Positions 36,766 to 46,277 are shown, counted from the first letter of the stretch. The stretch is 50,401 nt of DNA from Patescibacteria group bacterium (GCA_041671305.1 JBAZBX010000004.1:1-50401), one strand, 5' to 3'. Program-made: numbers and translations. The notes: generated from the letters alone by a model not told the origin.

Positions 36766-38941
36766 TGCAATTGAAGTCCCTATTCAGACAAAATCTGTAT
36801 TCTGAGTTTTTATCATAAAGACTAAATATATCAGATTCGATGGCCATCTTGCCATATTTATTTGAATCACCCTCTAATAAATTTACATAATTAATATAAA
36901 ATATCCTCTTTCCGCCATTTGTTAAAATATAGTAATCATATTTTTTGGACACTGGAGATGCCTCATATCTTATATCTGATTCGCCTTTAAAAAATTCTTT
37001 AAAACCCTCCCGATCAGCCCAAGAAAGAATCGAATCGGAATTCTCTTTTTTATTCATATATTGCGCAACTTCATAACCGCCGTAGCCCCAGGCCTCGGCG
37101 GTTATTATTTTTTGCGAATTAAGAATATTCGAATATTGATTATAAAAAGGCAAGCTTAATAAATTTATTGCAATCAGATATGCCCCAATGATGATATACT
37201 TAACAATTTTAAATCTAAAATCAATTTGGCAAATGAATATCATGGCCATGATGGCCGCTAACGGATACAACATGATTTGGTATCTCGGGTTAGCATAAAA
37301 TCCTCCAATTGACGCGCCGACAATGAATGTCAGAACACAAAATTGAATTATGATTGAATAAAACTCCAACCTCTTATCTACGCTTTTTCTTAAAAAAATG
37401 AATATATTTAAAAATACTCCTAATAATAACGGCAGGGTGAGGGTCAGTATAATTGTAGTAATTGATGATAAGAATAGCTTGAGTGGCTCAAAATTTCTAA
37501 TCTCATATTCGCCAAAATAGTAATTATTGATATTTAATATTTTTTGATTCAGCATAAAATTGAAATTGACTATAACAAATAACACTAAAAAAGCGATCGA
37601 GAGCAACATACCTGCGTTTTTTTGCGAAATACATCTTTTAACTAGATTTATAAGCCTAAAGTTAAGAATAAAGGCGTCAAAGAATATCACAAAGATCAAT
37701 AGATAAATATAAGTGATTCCGGATGATAAGATGCTTGAATCTATTGATCCATTTAATAAATATAGCGGTTGCACCCATGTCGCCGGAAACATGACTCCGA
37801 ACAAAAAGACAGACAAAAGAATAAATTTCAGATATTCATAAATCCTCGCATAAAACAAATCGATTTCGCTCTTTTTATTGAACATGAATTCTAATAAGAT
37901 AATCAAGGAAAAAATGACATAATAAATTGAAACAAAATATTTAGAAATCAGAGCTAAAGAGAAAAATAATGCTGAATATAAAATATATTTCCTTTCGTGA
38001 TTGCGCAGATATATTAAAAAACATAAGAAACTCAAAAATGAAGTCGACCATAAAGTCGCGTCTGGATTCACTATCTGGCTGATTCCGATAATTATGGGGT
38101 TCAGTGCAATAAACGCCAAAATTAGAATTGACTGTCCCTTGGAAAAAATCTTTTTAGAAAACATATAAATCAATACCAGCAATGAGGCATTAAAAATGAT
38201 TATCGGCATACGCCAAAAAGCCAGATATACCTCACGGTTTGAAAAATCGAATCTATTGTATGATGTAAAAAAGTTTACAATACCGGACAGGAGTGATGGC
38301 AATACTCCTGGCTTATCATTAATATAAGTATCCGCCCAATTGCCATGTGAAATAGCTTCATACAGCTGAGGCACTCGCGTTAACAGCCATTTAGGCTCAT
38401 CCACGCTCATGAATTGTCCTAAATGCACAGTGCCAAAAATAAAATACAGGGCAATTATAACCACGACCAAAATATTCATAATCCGCTTATTTTTGAATAG
38501 CGATGATTTATTTTTTTCAACATCTTTAAAATCATTGCCTTCTGGCTCAATTTTAATCGGTTTTTTATAAATAAAACTGATGGTGAGCAGGCACAGAAAT
38601 GCAATAAGCATTAAAATTAGTAATATAAACGGTTCTAAATTACTTGCGACCTGATAGTGCTGAAAATATACTTTGGCGAAAATCATCAAAGCCACCGACA
38701 ATAAAAATAAATACTTCAAAATCTTTTGTACACTGTTTGAAAGATTGATTTTTATAACATTTTCAAATAAATATATATTTGCAATAGCTAAGCCGATATT
38801 TAATAAAATAATTGATCCGCTAGGCAAAGAAAAAGCTATAACTTGCTGGCTTATAAATATTGAATATACAAAAAGCGCCAAGCTGATGCTTAGCGTGGAA
38901 ATAAAACTGATTAAAAAAGTCTTTTTCCAAGAAATATTCAT
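36746..38941 (-). CDS. GT-C fold glycosyltransferase (ArnT/PMT, GT39/83-like), 731 aa
   Basis: Many TM helices, a DE motif in the first outside loop (FMSVDEPKW) and a C-terminal soluble domain. Very AT-rich. Confidence 0.75.
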   Translation of the reverse strand: MNISWKKTFLISFISTLSISLALFVYSIFISQQVIAFSLPSGSIILLNIGLAIANIYLFENVIKINLSNSVQKILKYLFLLSVALMIFAKVYFQHYQVASNLEPFILLILMLIAFLCLLTISFIYKKPIKIEPEGNDFKDVEKNKSSLFKNKRIMNILVVVIIALYFIFGTVHLGQFMSVDEPKWLLTRVPQLYEAISHGNWADTYINDKPGVLPSLLSGIVNFFTSYNRFDFSNREVYLAFWRMPIIIFNASLLVLIYMFSKKIFSKGQSILILAFIALNPIIIGISQIVNPDATLWSTSFLSFLCFLIYLRNHERKYILYSALFFSLALISKYFVSIYYVIFSLIILLEFMFNKKSEIDLFYARIYEYLKFILLSVFLFGVMFPATWVQPLYLLNGSIDSSILSSGITYIYLLIFVIFFDAFILNFRLINLVKRCISQKNAGMLLSIAFLVLFVIVNFNFMLNQKILNINNYYFGEYEIRNFEPLKLFLSSITTIILTLTLPLLLGVFLNIFIFLRKSVDKRLEFYSIIIQFCVLTFIVGASIGGFYANPRYQIMLYPLAAIMAMIFICQIDFRFKIVKYIIIGAYLIAINLLSLPFYNQYSNILNSQKIITAEAWGYGGYEVAQYMNKKENSDSILSWADREGFKEFFKGESDIRYEASPVSKKYDYYILTNGGKRIFYINYVNLLEGDSNKYGKMAIESDIFSLYDKNSEYRFCLNRDFNCITVIRK

Positions 38942-38958
38942 ATCAAAATATCCCTCTT

Positions 38959-41385
38959 TTATTTAATACTAATGTTGATTCCTCTGATATAATTGGCACG
39001 ATCATAAACATCTTTAAGCAACATGAAATCAGAAGTTTTGCTGGACCCGATATTGATGATTGACGGATCGAACCAATTCTCCGCTTTGAGAGCGAAGTTA
39101 CTGCCAGATATGATCAGATTGCCTTCGGTAGGATGGATTTTCTTTTCGCCTTTTGGCAGTGCCTTGATTACATGTTTCTTTTCATCTTTTTTTGTAAGTT
39201 TGACATTTTTTGCGTCTGCTCCGGTGATTTCAATCATTTGATCACGTCCGGTTTTTGAGTAAAAATAGTCCAGATTGACCTCGTTCTGATTATTAGTATA
39301 AAAATCAATCTTGCCGATATTGAAAGCCTTGTCCTTGATGATGATCTTATTGGTATTTATTTTTATTTTTCTTATTACAAAATCCTGCTGACGGCTTGAA
39401 AACTGCGGTACTCTTTCCTGGATCTTAAGCACGTAAACGCCTTTTGTGGCTTGCGGACAGCTGATCTGCCCAGTCAGGGGAGTGGTCGTGGCTCTGCTGG
39501 TCGTCGTCATGCCATCATCGGCGATAGCTGAGGTACAGAGCAGATTGCCGGTTACATCCTCGACTTTTATATCAATCACATCCTCGCCATTCACGTCATT
39601 TAGATCCTCCTTGGCGATTTCCGCGGTAAGGGGAGTATCGGCATAAACATAAAATTCATGATTGCCGCGCAAAGCCATATCCAGTTCAGTAACTGATGAA
39701 TTCAGTCCGACAGGAGCCTGCGCATTTAAGAAATCTTTCTGATCCAGATAAACCGACTCATCCAGCGATAGGCTGGATCCGGCGGGAACGATTGCCTTAA
39801 GCCAGGCATCCAGATTATCGGCGATTGCTGTATAAGTATTCAGGTTCTTTCGTCCCCAAAGTACATAATCATTGTATTTAGCCAGGGGGTAGTAGCCTTG
39901 GTCTCGCAGATCATGCTCAGCTGAAAATTTCTTATCAAGAGAGCGATTACGTAGCGCGAAATAGATATTTTTCAAACTCTTGAAACCCTTGAAATTTAGT
40001 TCGGAAAATATTCCCGCGACCTTGGTCCAGGTGCTTTCAAGGTTAAAATGATAATTAGCGATTACTATCTGCGGATTTTCTGACTTATTCAAATCGTAAA
40101 TGAACGGATCGAAATAATTATCTTTTGATAAGGCAAAAATCGCGCCATGGATTTTTTGATCGCCTTTTACTGACAAAGTCCATTCGCCAGGAGTCAAATC
40201 TATTTTCTGAGTGTTGCCCAATTCTTTTTTGCCGATTGATAATTTCTTTTCAGTTGTTCCGCTTCTTGCGCTAATATTCTGAATAGCTATGGAGTGCCAA
40301 GCATAAATATTGATCGGTTTGTTTTCTTTGGTGACGGTATAGAGAGTGATCGGATCAAGAATTAATGTCTCACCGGAAAATACTAGTTTATTGGTATTAA
40401 CTTTAAGATATTCAATATTCCAGTCGGAACCTGCCTTATCAGTCGGCTCAAATGTCAGCTTGTAAACGCCCTCGGACGGAACCAACTGTTCAAATCCTTT
40501 TTTAATCGGTGGCGTGAAGGAATCATTGTCCACGATAGCGATGCCGTCGTCTTCTATATTTGCTTGTCCCAATAAATTGCCACTCATATCATAGAGCGAG
40601 ATGTTTACCGGATCAGCGCCGTCGCTAATATTCAAGTCAGTCTTGATTACTTCAAGGCTGATTTTATCTTTCAGATAAACATATAATTCATGTTTGCCGC
40701 GCATCCGTTGCCTGATTTCAGTCACACTGCCTTCCCTGAATCCGGTGACCGGCGCGACGAGTTTTGTCTGGTCATAAACCTTATCCAAAATTTCTAGACT
40801 GGCGCCATTTGTCAAATTGGCCTTCAGCCAGTTGTCAATATTATCAGCCTGCTGGTATTGTTTTTTATCCAGCGAATAAATATATGTATCACCGAATTGC
40901 GCCGCGACACTGTAATCATTTAAAAATCCATAATACAGCGGCTGCCAATTATATTTTTTTGACTTTTCGCAATCGTTGCAGACGGTGGAGATTTCCCAGT
41001 CGCCTTCGCCCTTGAGCCAAGTATTGAAAGAGATGGTTTTGTTTAGGGGATATTCTTTCGGCTGCAGGACGAAATTTAGCGGAGTGCCGCCGATCTCGGC
41101 GTATTCCACGCCATTGACGATGCCGGTAGAGAGGATCTTCGGCGTAGTGCTGGCTTCATTGACATACAGGCGCAGATCCTGATTCTTGAAATTCGCGCGC
41201 TTGAAATCTACGCTGTACTCGGCGGTGTATTTCCATGATTGGTAGATATTCACGCCCAAGTAGATGACGATGATGGCCGGGATGGCGAGCACCAGGATTT
41301 TGGCAACTGGTTCGACTTTTTTCCAGATGGGTTTCCACTGGATCTGTTTAAATTTTGCCAGTAGGGGATTGAGAGGATTTTTCAT
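38959..41385 (-). CDS. 808-aa membrane-anchored extracytoplasmic protein with internal tandem duplication, unknown function
   Basis: One N-terminal TM. Two homologous modules of about 390 aa (for example DNIDNWLKANLTNGASLEILD...HELYVYLKD... versus DNLDAWLKAIVPAGSSLSLDE...HEFYVYADT...). Noticeably higher GC than the downstream neighbour. Confidence 0.8.
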   Translation of the reverse strand: MKNPLNPLLAKFKQIQWKPIWKKVEPVAKILVLAIPAIIVIYLGVNIYQSWKYTAEYSVDFKRANFKNQDLRLYVNEASTTPKILSTGIVNGVEYAEIGGTPLNFVLQPKEYPLNKTISFNTWLKGEGDWEISTVCNDCEKSKKYNWQPLYYGFLNDYSVAAQFGDTYIYSLDKKQYQQADNIDNWLKANLTNGASLEILDKVYDQTKLVAPVTGFREGSVTEIRQRMRGKHELYVYLKDKISLEVIKTDLNISDGADPVNISLYDMSGNLLGQANIEDDGIAIVDNDSFTPPIKKGFEQLVPSEGVYKLTFEPTDKAGSDWNIEYLKVNTNKLVFSGETLILDPITLYTVTKENKPINIYAWHSIAIQNISARSGTTEKKLSIGKKELGNTQKIDLTPGEWTLSVKGDQKIHGAIFALSKDNYFDPFIYDLNKSENPQIVIANYHFNLESTWTKVAGIFSELNFKGFKSLKNIYFALRNRSLDKKFSAEHDLRDQGYYPLAKYNDYVLWGRKNLNTYTAIADNLDAWLKAIVPAGSSLSLDESVYLDQKDFLNAQAPVGLNSSVTELDMALRGNHEFYVYADTPLTAEIAKEDLNDVNGEDVIDIKVEDVTGNLLCTSAIADDGMTTTSRATTTPLTGQISCPQATKGVYVLKIQERVPQFSSRQQDFVIRKIKINTNKIIIKDKAFNIGKIDFYTNNQNEVNLDYFYSKTGRDQMIEITGADAKNVKLTKKDEKKHVIKALPKGEKKIHPTEGNLIISGSNFALKAENWFDPSIINIGSSKTSDFMLLKDVYDRANYIRGINISIK

Positions 41386-41409
41386 ATAAGAATTGTATTA
41401 ATAAATAAA

Positions 41410-41518
41410 GACATGGATCCCGGATCTTCGCTATCGCTACGTCCGGGATGACACAGGCGGATGGATTCCCGTTCCCCGATCAGATCGGGGACAAGTCTAA
41501 CTGCACGGGAATGACACA
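41410..41518 (-). repeat. Composite GC-rich palindromic repeat (two units), copy C
   Basis: On the minus strand each unit begins TGTGTCAT(T/C)CC. Unit 1 has ATTCCCGT/ACGGGAAT and TCCCCGATC/GATCGGGGA stems. Unit 2 has an ATCCCGGA/TCCGGGAT stem. The head resembles repeats A/B. Confidence 0.75.
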
Positions 41519-41525
41519 GAGGATG

Positions 41526-43040
41526 TTAAAACCTATACACCCAAATTCTGCTATACTCATTTATTTCATTAAAATATATCTGCTGGAAATTCTTGCTAAT
41601 GTAATCGATTGTCTCAGTGGGAATGCGTCCGGTGATAGACATCTGGTCAAAGACAATGTAGCCATGCGTACTAGATGTGATCTGTTTCAATTCCTCCAGA
41701 TCATTAATCACTTCCGCGCCTACATAATACTCGCGGTCGGTTTCGTCAACTATCTTGACCCTATTTTCAAACCCTAGATAGTTATATGCTAGCCAATATC
41801 CCGGCTGATGCAGAAATATCTTATTGAATTGCGGATGGGAGGAGATGACGATATCGTACGGCTTCAGATTTACCGCGATTGCTGCGTAAGCGCTATTGAA
41901 ATTCGGCTGAGGCGTATAGCCGTAGTAGGGACGATCTGTTTTGCCAGTATTGATGTTGTCATTTTCCAGAGTATAAAAGGGAAGAGGTCGCCACACGCCT
42001 TGGCCGCTCACAAAAAAGATCGCGATCACGGCGACAAGAAATATCAATGCTACGACCCTATATTTATGCCACAATTTGCCGAAAATATCAATGGCTCCAA
42101 TAGCGCCCAAAAGCAGTAATCCCAGGGCTGGCGCTAGGAGATAGCGGTAATGCACAATATCGGTGAAAAAGGCAAAAACTAGCAAATATAGGACAAATGG
42201 CAGGATAAGCAATTGATATCTCAGTTTTTGCTCTTTGGGGGCTCCAAAATAGGCGTAGAGAGCCAAAAAGATGAAAAGCCAATAATTAGCCAAAAAGAAG
42301 CTGAGATAGTAAGGAAGCTCATAATAGAGGCCAAATTTGGCTATCAGGGAGCGACTTATGCCGAAGTTTAAGCTTAATTCCAGGAGAAAGGTAATTGAGA
42401 CAATAATTAAAGAAGCAATCCAAATAATTTTTGTATTGATTTTTGTCTTATTTTTCCAAGCTTTAAGCGCTAATAAAATCAAAAAGATCGGTGCTAGCAG
42501 ATAGGCGATTCTATGTGTCAGAACTGCTAGAGCAGATAAGCCGACAGCTGACAGAAAATAGGCGATTCTTTTTTTATTATCTTCTGTTTCTAAAAATTGA
42601 TAAAAAAGATAAATCGCCAGCCAGAATAGCAGAACGAGCAGGGAGTACCAACGAGCTTGGCGAGACCAGGCGATTTGCCAATAGGAGAAGGCAACGAAAA
42701 ATGACGCTAGCAAAGCAACATGGCGAGTGAATAGTTTCTTTATTATCAAATAAATCGCCGCTATCAATAAAATACCAGCTATGACAGCAAAAAGGCGGTA
42801 AGCAGTGGCGTTGGGGCCAAAAAGATGAGCAATCCAAGCTGTGGGGTAGCAATACATGGGACAGAAATAGTTTTGTCCCGAGTCCAGGATCGTATTTCCT
42901 TTCTCCATGACGGATAAAACAGCGTTTATGGTATAGCCTTCATCCATCCAATAGGGCTGACTGCCCAGATTATAAAAGCGTAGCAGGGAACCGCTGATTA
43001 TGATTAATAAGATAATTATTGGAGAAAGGTATTTACTCAT
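41526..43040 (-). CDS. GT-C fold glycosyltransferase (GT39/ArnT-like), 504 aa
   Basis: YWMDEGYT DE-loop motif after TM1 and about 11 TM helices. Confidence 0.78.
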   Translation of the reverse strand: MSKYLSPIIILLIIISGSLLRFYNLGSQPYWMDEGYTINAVLSVMEKGNTILDSGQNYFCPMYCYPTAWIAHLFGPNATAYRLFAVIAGILLIAAIYLIIKKLFTRHVALLASFFVAFSYWQIAWSRQARWYSLLVLLFWLAIYLFYQFLETEDNKKRIAYFLSAVGLSALAVLTHRIAYLLAPIFLILLALKAWKNKTKINTKIIWIASLIIVSITFLLELSLNFGISRSLIAKFGLYYELPYYLSFFLANYWLFIFLALYAYFGAPKEQKLRYQLLILPFVLYLLVFAFFTDIVHYRYLLAPALGLLLLGAIGAIDIFGKLWHKYRVVALIFLVAVIAIFFVSGQGVWRPLPFYTLENDNINTGKTDRPYYGYTPQPNFNSAYAAIAVNLKPYDIVISSHPQFNKIFLHQPGYWLAYNYLGFENRVKIVDETDREYYVGAEVINDLEELKQITSSTHGYIVFDQMSITGRIPTETIDYISKNFQQIYFNEINEYSRIWVYRF

Positions 43041-43168
43041 TTGTTTTTTTATGGTAAAGTAGTTTCATATTAAATTTGTTGGATATTTCACTACATTGAG
43101 GAGGAATTCAGTGGTAGTGTTTTTTTATTTAAAAAAGGGTATTTGATAAATAATTAAAGCATAAATTT

Positions 43169-44392
43169 ATGGAAAAAGCAAGGGTATTGCTCAAGAACCC
43201 ATTAACCAAAACATTGGCTGTTTTGGCGGTTTGTACCGTGGCTTCTTTGGTAGGATTTACAGCCGCTTTTGGTTATGGCGGTGGAGGAGGCTACTATGCT
43301 CCGTCAGTAGTTCCGTCAGTGACTACTTCTGTGAATGCGCCATTATCAATTGGAGCTAGTGAAGATGGCTTATTGTCACGAAGTTTCAGTGATGGCAGTA
43401 AGGTGGAAGTCAGTGTGCCCAAAGGCGCGGTTGAAGGACAGACAATTTTTGAAACTGTTCAAGGCGGTTTGACTGTAGAAAATACTCCGACTGATTCTTC
43501 AGGTGCAGTCATGATTGGCGGTCAGGTTTTCAATATTACGGCTACTGATTTAAATGGTGAAGCTGTAAGAAACTTTTCTCAGCCACTAAATATTACTATT
43601 ATTATACCTAACTTGCCTGCTGATACTACTAATTTGGGAGTTTATTATTTTGATCAAACTTTTCAAAATTGGGTTTTGATTCCTGGAGCAACTTTTGATG
43701 TAGCTACTGGTAAAGTTAATTTTACGGTCAATCATTTGACTAAGTTTGCGGTTTTTGAGGCGACAAATTCTACAACCGCCTTGGCCACTATTCCAACAGT
43801 TCCTACTCAGGAAGTTGCCACTTCTACTCCAGTTGTTGAAAAACAAGCGGAAGTTTCTGTGTCTGCCGAAGGACAGGTTTTGGGTACAAAAATATATAGT
43901 TTGGACAAAATTCCGTCTTATGGTTCAAGGGGAGATGATGTCAAGGCTTTACAGCAATTATTGATTGATAAAAATGTGGGTTCAGCTGCCAAATCTTTGG
44001 CTAGAATCGGCGCTACTGGTTATTTCGGTTCATATACCAGATCGGCTTTGGCCGAATATCAGAAGAGTGTCGGCATTGATGAGGCCGGAGACGTAGGACC
44101 AGTTACTAGAAATTATTTAGCTACTGGAAAAGTTGACCCATCATTAAAGGGTGATCTTGCTAGAAATTTGTATTTTGGTTCCAGAGGCGAGGATGTTAAG
44201 ACTTTACAGCAATTTTTGATTGATAGGAATATAGGTTCAGCTGCCAAATCTTTGGCTAGAATCGGCGCTACTGGTTATTTCGGTTCATATACCAGATCGG
44301 CTTTGGCTGAATATCAAAAAAGCGTTGGTATTTATTCGACTGGAAATTTTGGCCCTATTACCAGAACTCATGTAAGTAATTTGATTAAATAA
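43169..44392 (+). CDS. Exported protein with two C-terminal peptidoglycan-binding (PG_binding_1-like) repeats
   Basis: Signal/TM N-terminus. Two copies of GSRG(D/E)DVK(A/T)LQQ(L/F)LID(K/R)N(V/I)GSAAKSLARIGATGYFGSYTRSALAEYQKSVGI. Confidence 0.85.
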   Translation: MEKARVLLKNPLTKTLAVLAVCTVASLVGFTAAFGYGGGGGYYAPSVVPSVTTSVNAPLSIGASEDGLLSRSFSDGSKVEVSVPKGAVEGQTIFETVQGGLTVENTPTDSSGAVMIGGQVFNITATDLNGEAVRNFSQPLNITIIIPNLPADTTNLGVYYFDQTFQNWVLIPGATFDVATGKVNFTVNHLTKFAVFEATNSTTALATIPTVPTQEVATSTPVVEKQAEVSVSAEGQVLGTKIYSLDKIPSYGSRGDDVKALQQLLIDKNVGSAAKSLARIGATGYFGSYTRSALAEYQKSVGIDEAGDVGPVTRNYLATGKVDPSLKGDLARNLYFGSRGEDVKTLQQFLIDRNIGSAAKSLARIGATGYFGSYTRSALAEYQKSVGIYSTGNFGPITRTHVSNLIK

Positions 44393-44415
44393 TTCATTTT
44401 TAGGGGGTTAATAGA

Positions 44416-44449
44416 AAAACAGCGGGTGCAGTGCATTTGCTGTTTTTTT
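44416..44449 (+). terminator. Rho-independent terminator
   Basis: AAAAACAGC / GCTGTTTTT arms around GGGTGCAGTGCATTT, then a T-run to 44449. Confidence 0.7.
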
Positions 44450-44492
44450 GTTGAGGTAATTTGTTTTTGGAAAAGAAAGTGCCAAATAATCA

Positions 44493-44521
44493 TTGACAAA
44501 CCAATCTATCTGTGCTATACT
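44493..44521 (+). promoter_or_regulatory. Sigma-70-like promoter for the DEAD-box helicase (about 100-nt leader)
   Basis: TTGACA (44493-98), 17-nt spacer, TATACT (44516-21). Confidence 0.6.
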
Positions 44522-44625
44522 TATTATCTAATTAAAAAGAGCTGTAAATATACAGCCACAGACTCCAATCTCTCTTGTGTCATATCTCTTGGCCCTGCAG
44601 TAAATTAGGGTCAATTTAACTAAAT

Positions 44626-46269
44626 ATGATACAAACAAAACAGGTAACTGGTCTTTTTAGTGACCTGGGACTAACGCCAAAAATATTGGATATTTTGGCT
44701 TTTAATAAATTTACCATTCCCACGCCAATTCAGCATCAATGTATTCCTGCGGCTTTGGAAGGTAAGGATATTGTTGGTATTGCTCAGACCGGAACTGGCA
44801 AAACTTTGGCTTTTGGCTTGCCCATGATCCAGCAATTGGCCTTGACCAAGGGGCAGGGATTGATTATTTTGCCAACTCGTGAGCTTGCTTTGCAGGTTGA
44901 TGAAGTGTTGCAAAAAATTGGCAAACCGCTTGGACTCAAAACCGCAATTCTTATCGGTGGAGCTTCGTCTTATCAGCAATTGCAATTGCTCAAAAGGAAT
45001 CCTCATATTATTGTTTCTACGCCAGGCAGATTAAATGATCATTTGCAACAGAGAAATTTTTCTTTGCATAATATTAAATTTATTGTGCTTGATGAAGCTG
45101 ATAGAATGCTTGATATCGGATTTTTGCCTCAGATAAAACAAATTTTGGAATCATTGCCGGTCAACAGGCAAACTATGCTGTTTTCTGCTACCATGCCGTC
45201 TGCTATTGCGCAAATCGCAGCTAGGTACATGAAAATGCCTATACGTATAGAAGTGGCGCCGTCAGGAACGGCTGCTGCCAATGTGGAACAGGAGATTTTT
45301 GTGGTGAATAGAGAACAGAAGACTCAATTATTGGAAAAAGTTTTATCTGATAATGAGGGGAGTGTATTGGTATTTTCACGTACCAAGCATGGTGCCAAAA
45401 ACATCACTGACCATGTGATTGCCATGGGGCATACGGCTACAGAAATGCATTCCAATAAATCATTGGCTCAGAGAAGGGCTGCTCTTGACGGGTTTAAGTC
45501 AGGCAGATATCGAGTGCTTGTTGCGACTGATATTGCGGCTCGAGGCATTGATGTAAATAATATCGCTTTGGTAGTTAATTTTGATTTGCCGGATGACAAG
45601 GAAGACTATGTGCACCGCATCGGAAGAACTGGCCGAGCTGACAACTTTGGCAAAGCGATATCGTTTGTTACGCCTCAAGAAAGATATGACATAGGACATA
45701 TTGAAAGTTTAATTAGAAAAGCTATTCCTATTTTGGATTTGCCAATTTTGCCTCCGAAGCGCCAAGTTGCTTCCAGAAATGACATCATGCCTAGATCAGC
45801 TAGAGCTTCCAGTGGCATCAGAGGACCACGCAGAAGTACAAGTGGTTCTAGTCGTGGCGGTTATGGCAGAGAAAGCTCTAGAGAAAGTTCTGACTCTGCA
45901 AGATTTAGCAGGGAAGAAAGTGCTCCAGTAAAGCCTTACGCTCCAAGAGGCAGATCTGATAAACCTTATGAGACAAAAAGGAGAGCGACTGTTAGCAAGC
46001 CAGGATTTCAAAGTTCATGGGCAAGAAATGATAATCCCGCTACGAGTAGAAGTGCTTACGAAAGGCCACCACAGCCAAGAGCTGAAAAGGCTAAGCCACT
46101 TATAGGCGGATTTGATTGGAATAGAGCCAACTCACTTAATCACGGATCAACAGATAAAAGAAAAACAGCTGTAAAAAAAGATGGTGATAAAGGGGGATTT
46201 GATTCTAGCAAAGACATTAGAAATTATATCAGGAAAAAGAGCGATTATCGCAAAACCAAAAAATACTAA
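44626..46269 (+). CDS. DEAD-box ATP-dependent RNA helicase with basic R/S/G-rich C-terminal tail
   Basis: Q motif (TPIQ), AQTGTGKT, DEAD (VLDEADRM), SAT and HRIGRTGRA motifs. About 170-aa low-complexity basic tail. Confidence 0.95.
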   Translation: MIQTKQVTGLFSDLGLTPKILDILAFNKFTIPTPIQHQCIPAALEGKDIVGIAQTGTGKTLAFGLPMIQQLALTKGQGLIILPTRELALQVDEVLQKIGKPLGLKTAILIGGASSYQQLQLLKRNPHIIVSTPGRLNDHLQQRNFSLHNIKFIVLDEADRMLDIGFLPQIKQILESLPVNRQTMLFSATMPSAIAQIAARYMKMPIRIEVAPSGTAAANVEQEIFVVNREQKTQLLEKVLSDNEGSVLVFSRTKHGAKNITDHVIAMGHTATEMHSNKSLAQRRAALDGFKSGRYRVLVATDIAARGIDVNNIALVVNFDLPDDKEDYVHRIGRTGRADNFGKAISFVTPQERYDIGHIESLIRKAIPILDLPILPPKRQVASRNDIMPRSARASSGIRGPRRSTSGSSRGGYGRESSRESSDSARFSREESAPVKPYAPRGRSDKPYETKRRATVSKPGFQSSWARNDNPATSRSAYERPPQPRAEKAKPLIGGFDWNRANSLNHGSTDKRKTAVKKDGDKGGFDSSKDIRNYIRKKSDYRKTKKY

Positions 46270-46277
46270 ATTTCTCT

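Noticed and set aside
41448-41777. 109-aa plus-strand ORF starting in repeat C and overlapping the 3' end of the 504-aa GT-C gene.
   Set aside because: It begins inside the palindromic repeat and is antisense to a well-supported membrane protein gene.
43169-44392. Possibility that the internal repeats (here and in the 808-aa gene) are DGR template/variable-region pairs.
   Set aside because: Differences outside the identical 74-nt core are not adenine-specific, and no reverse transcriptase or accessory gene is present in the window.
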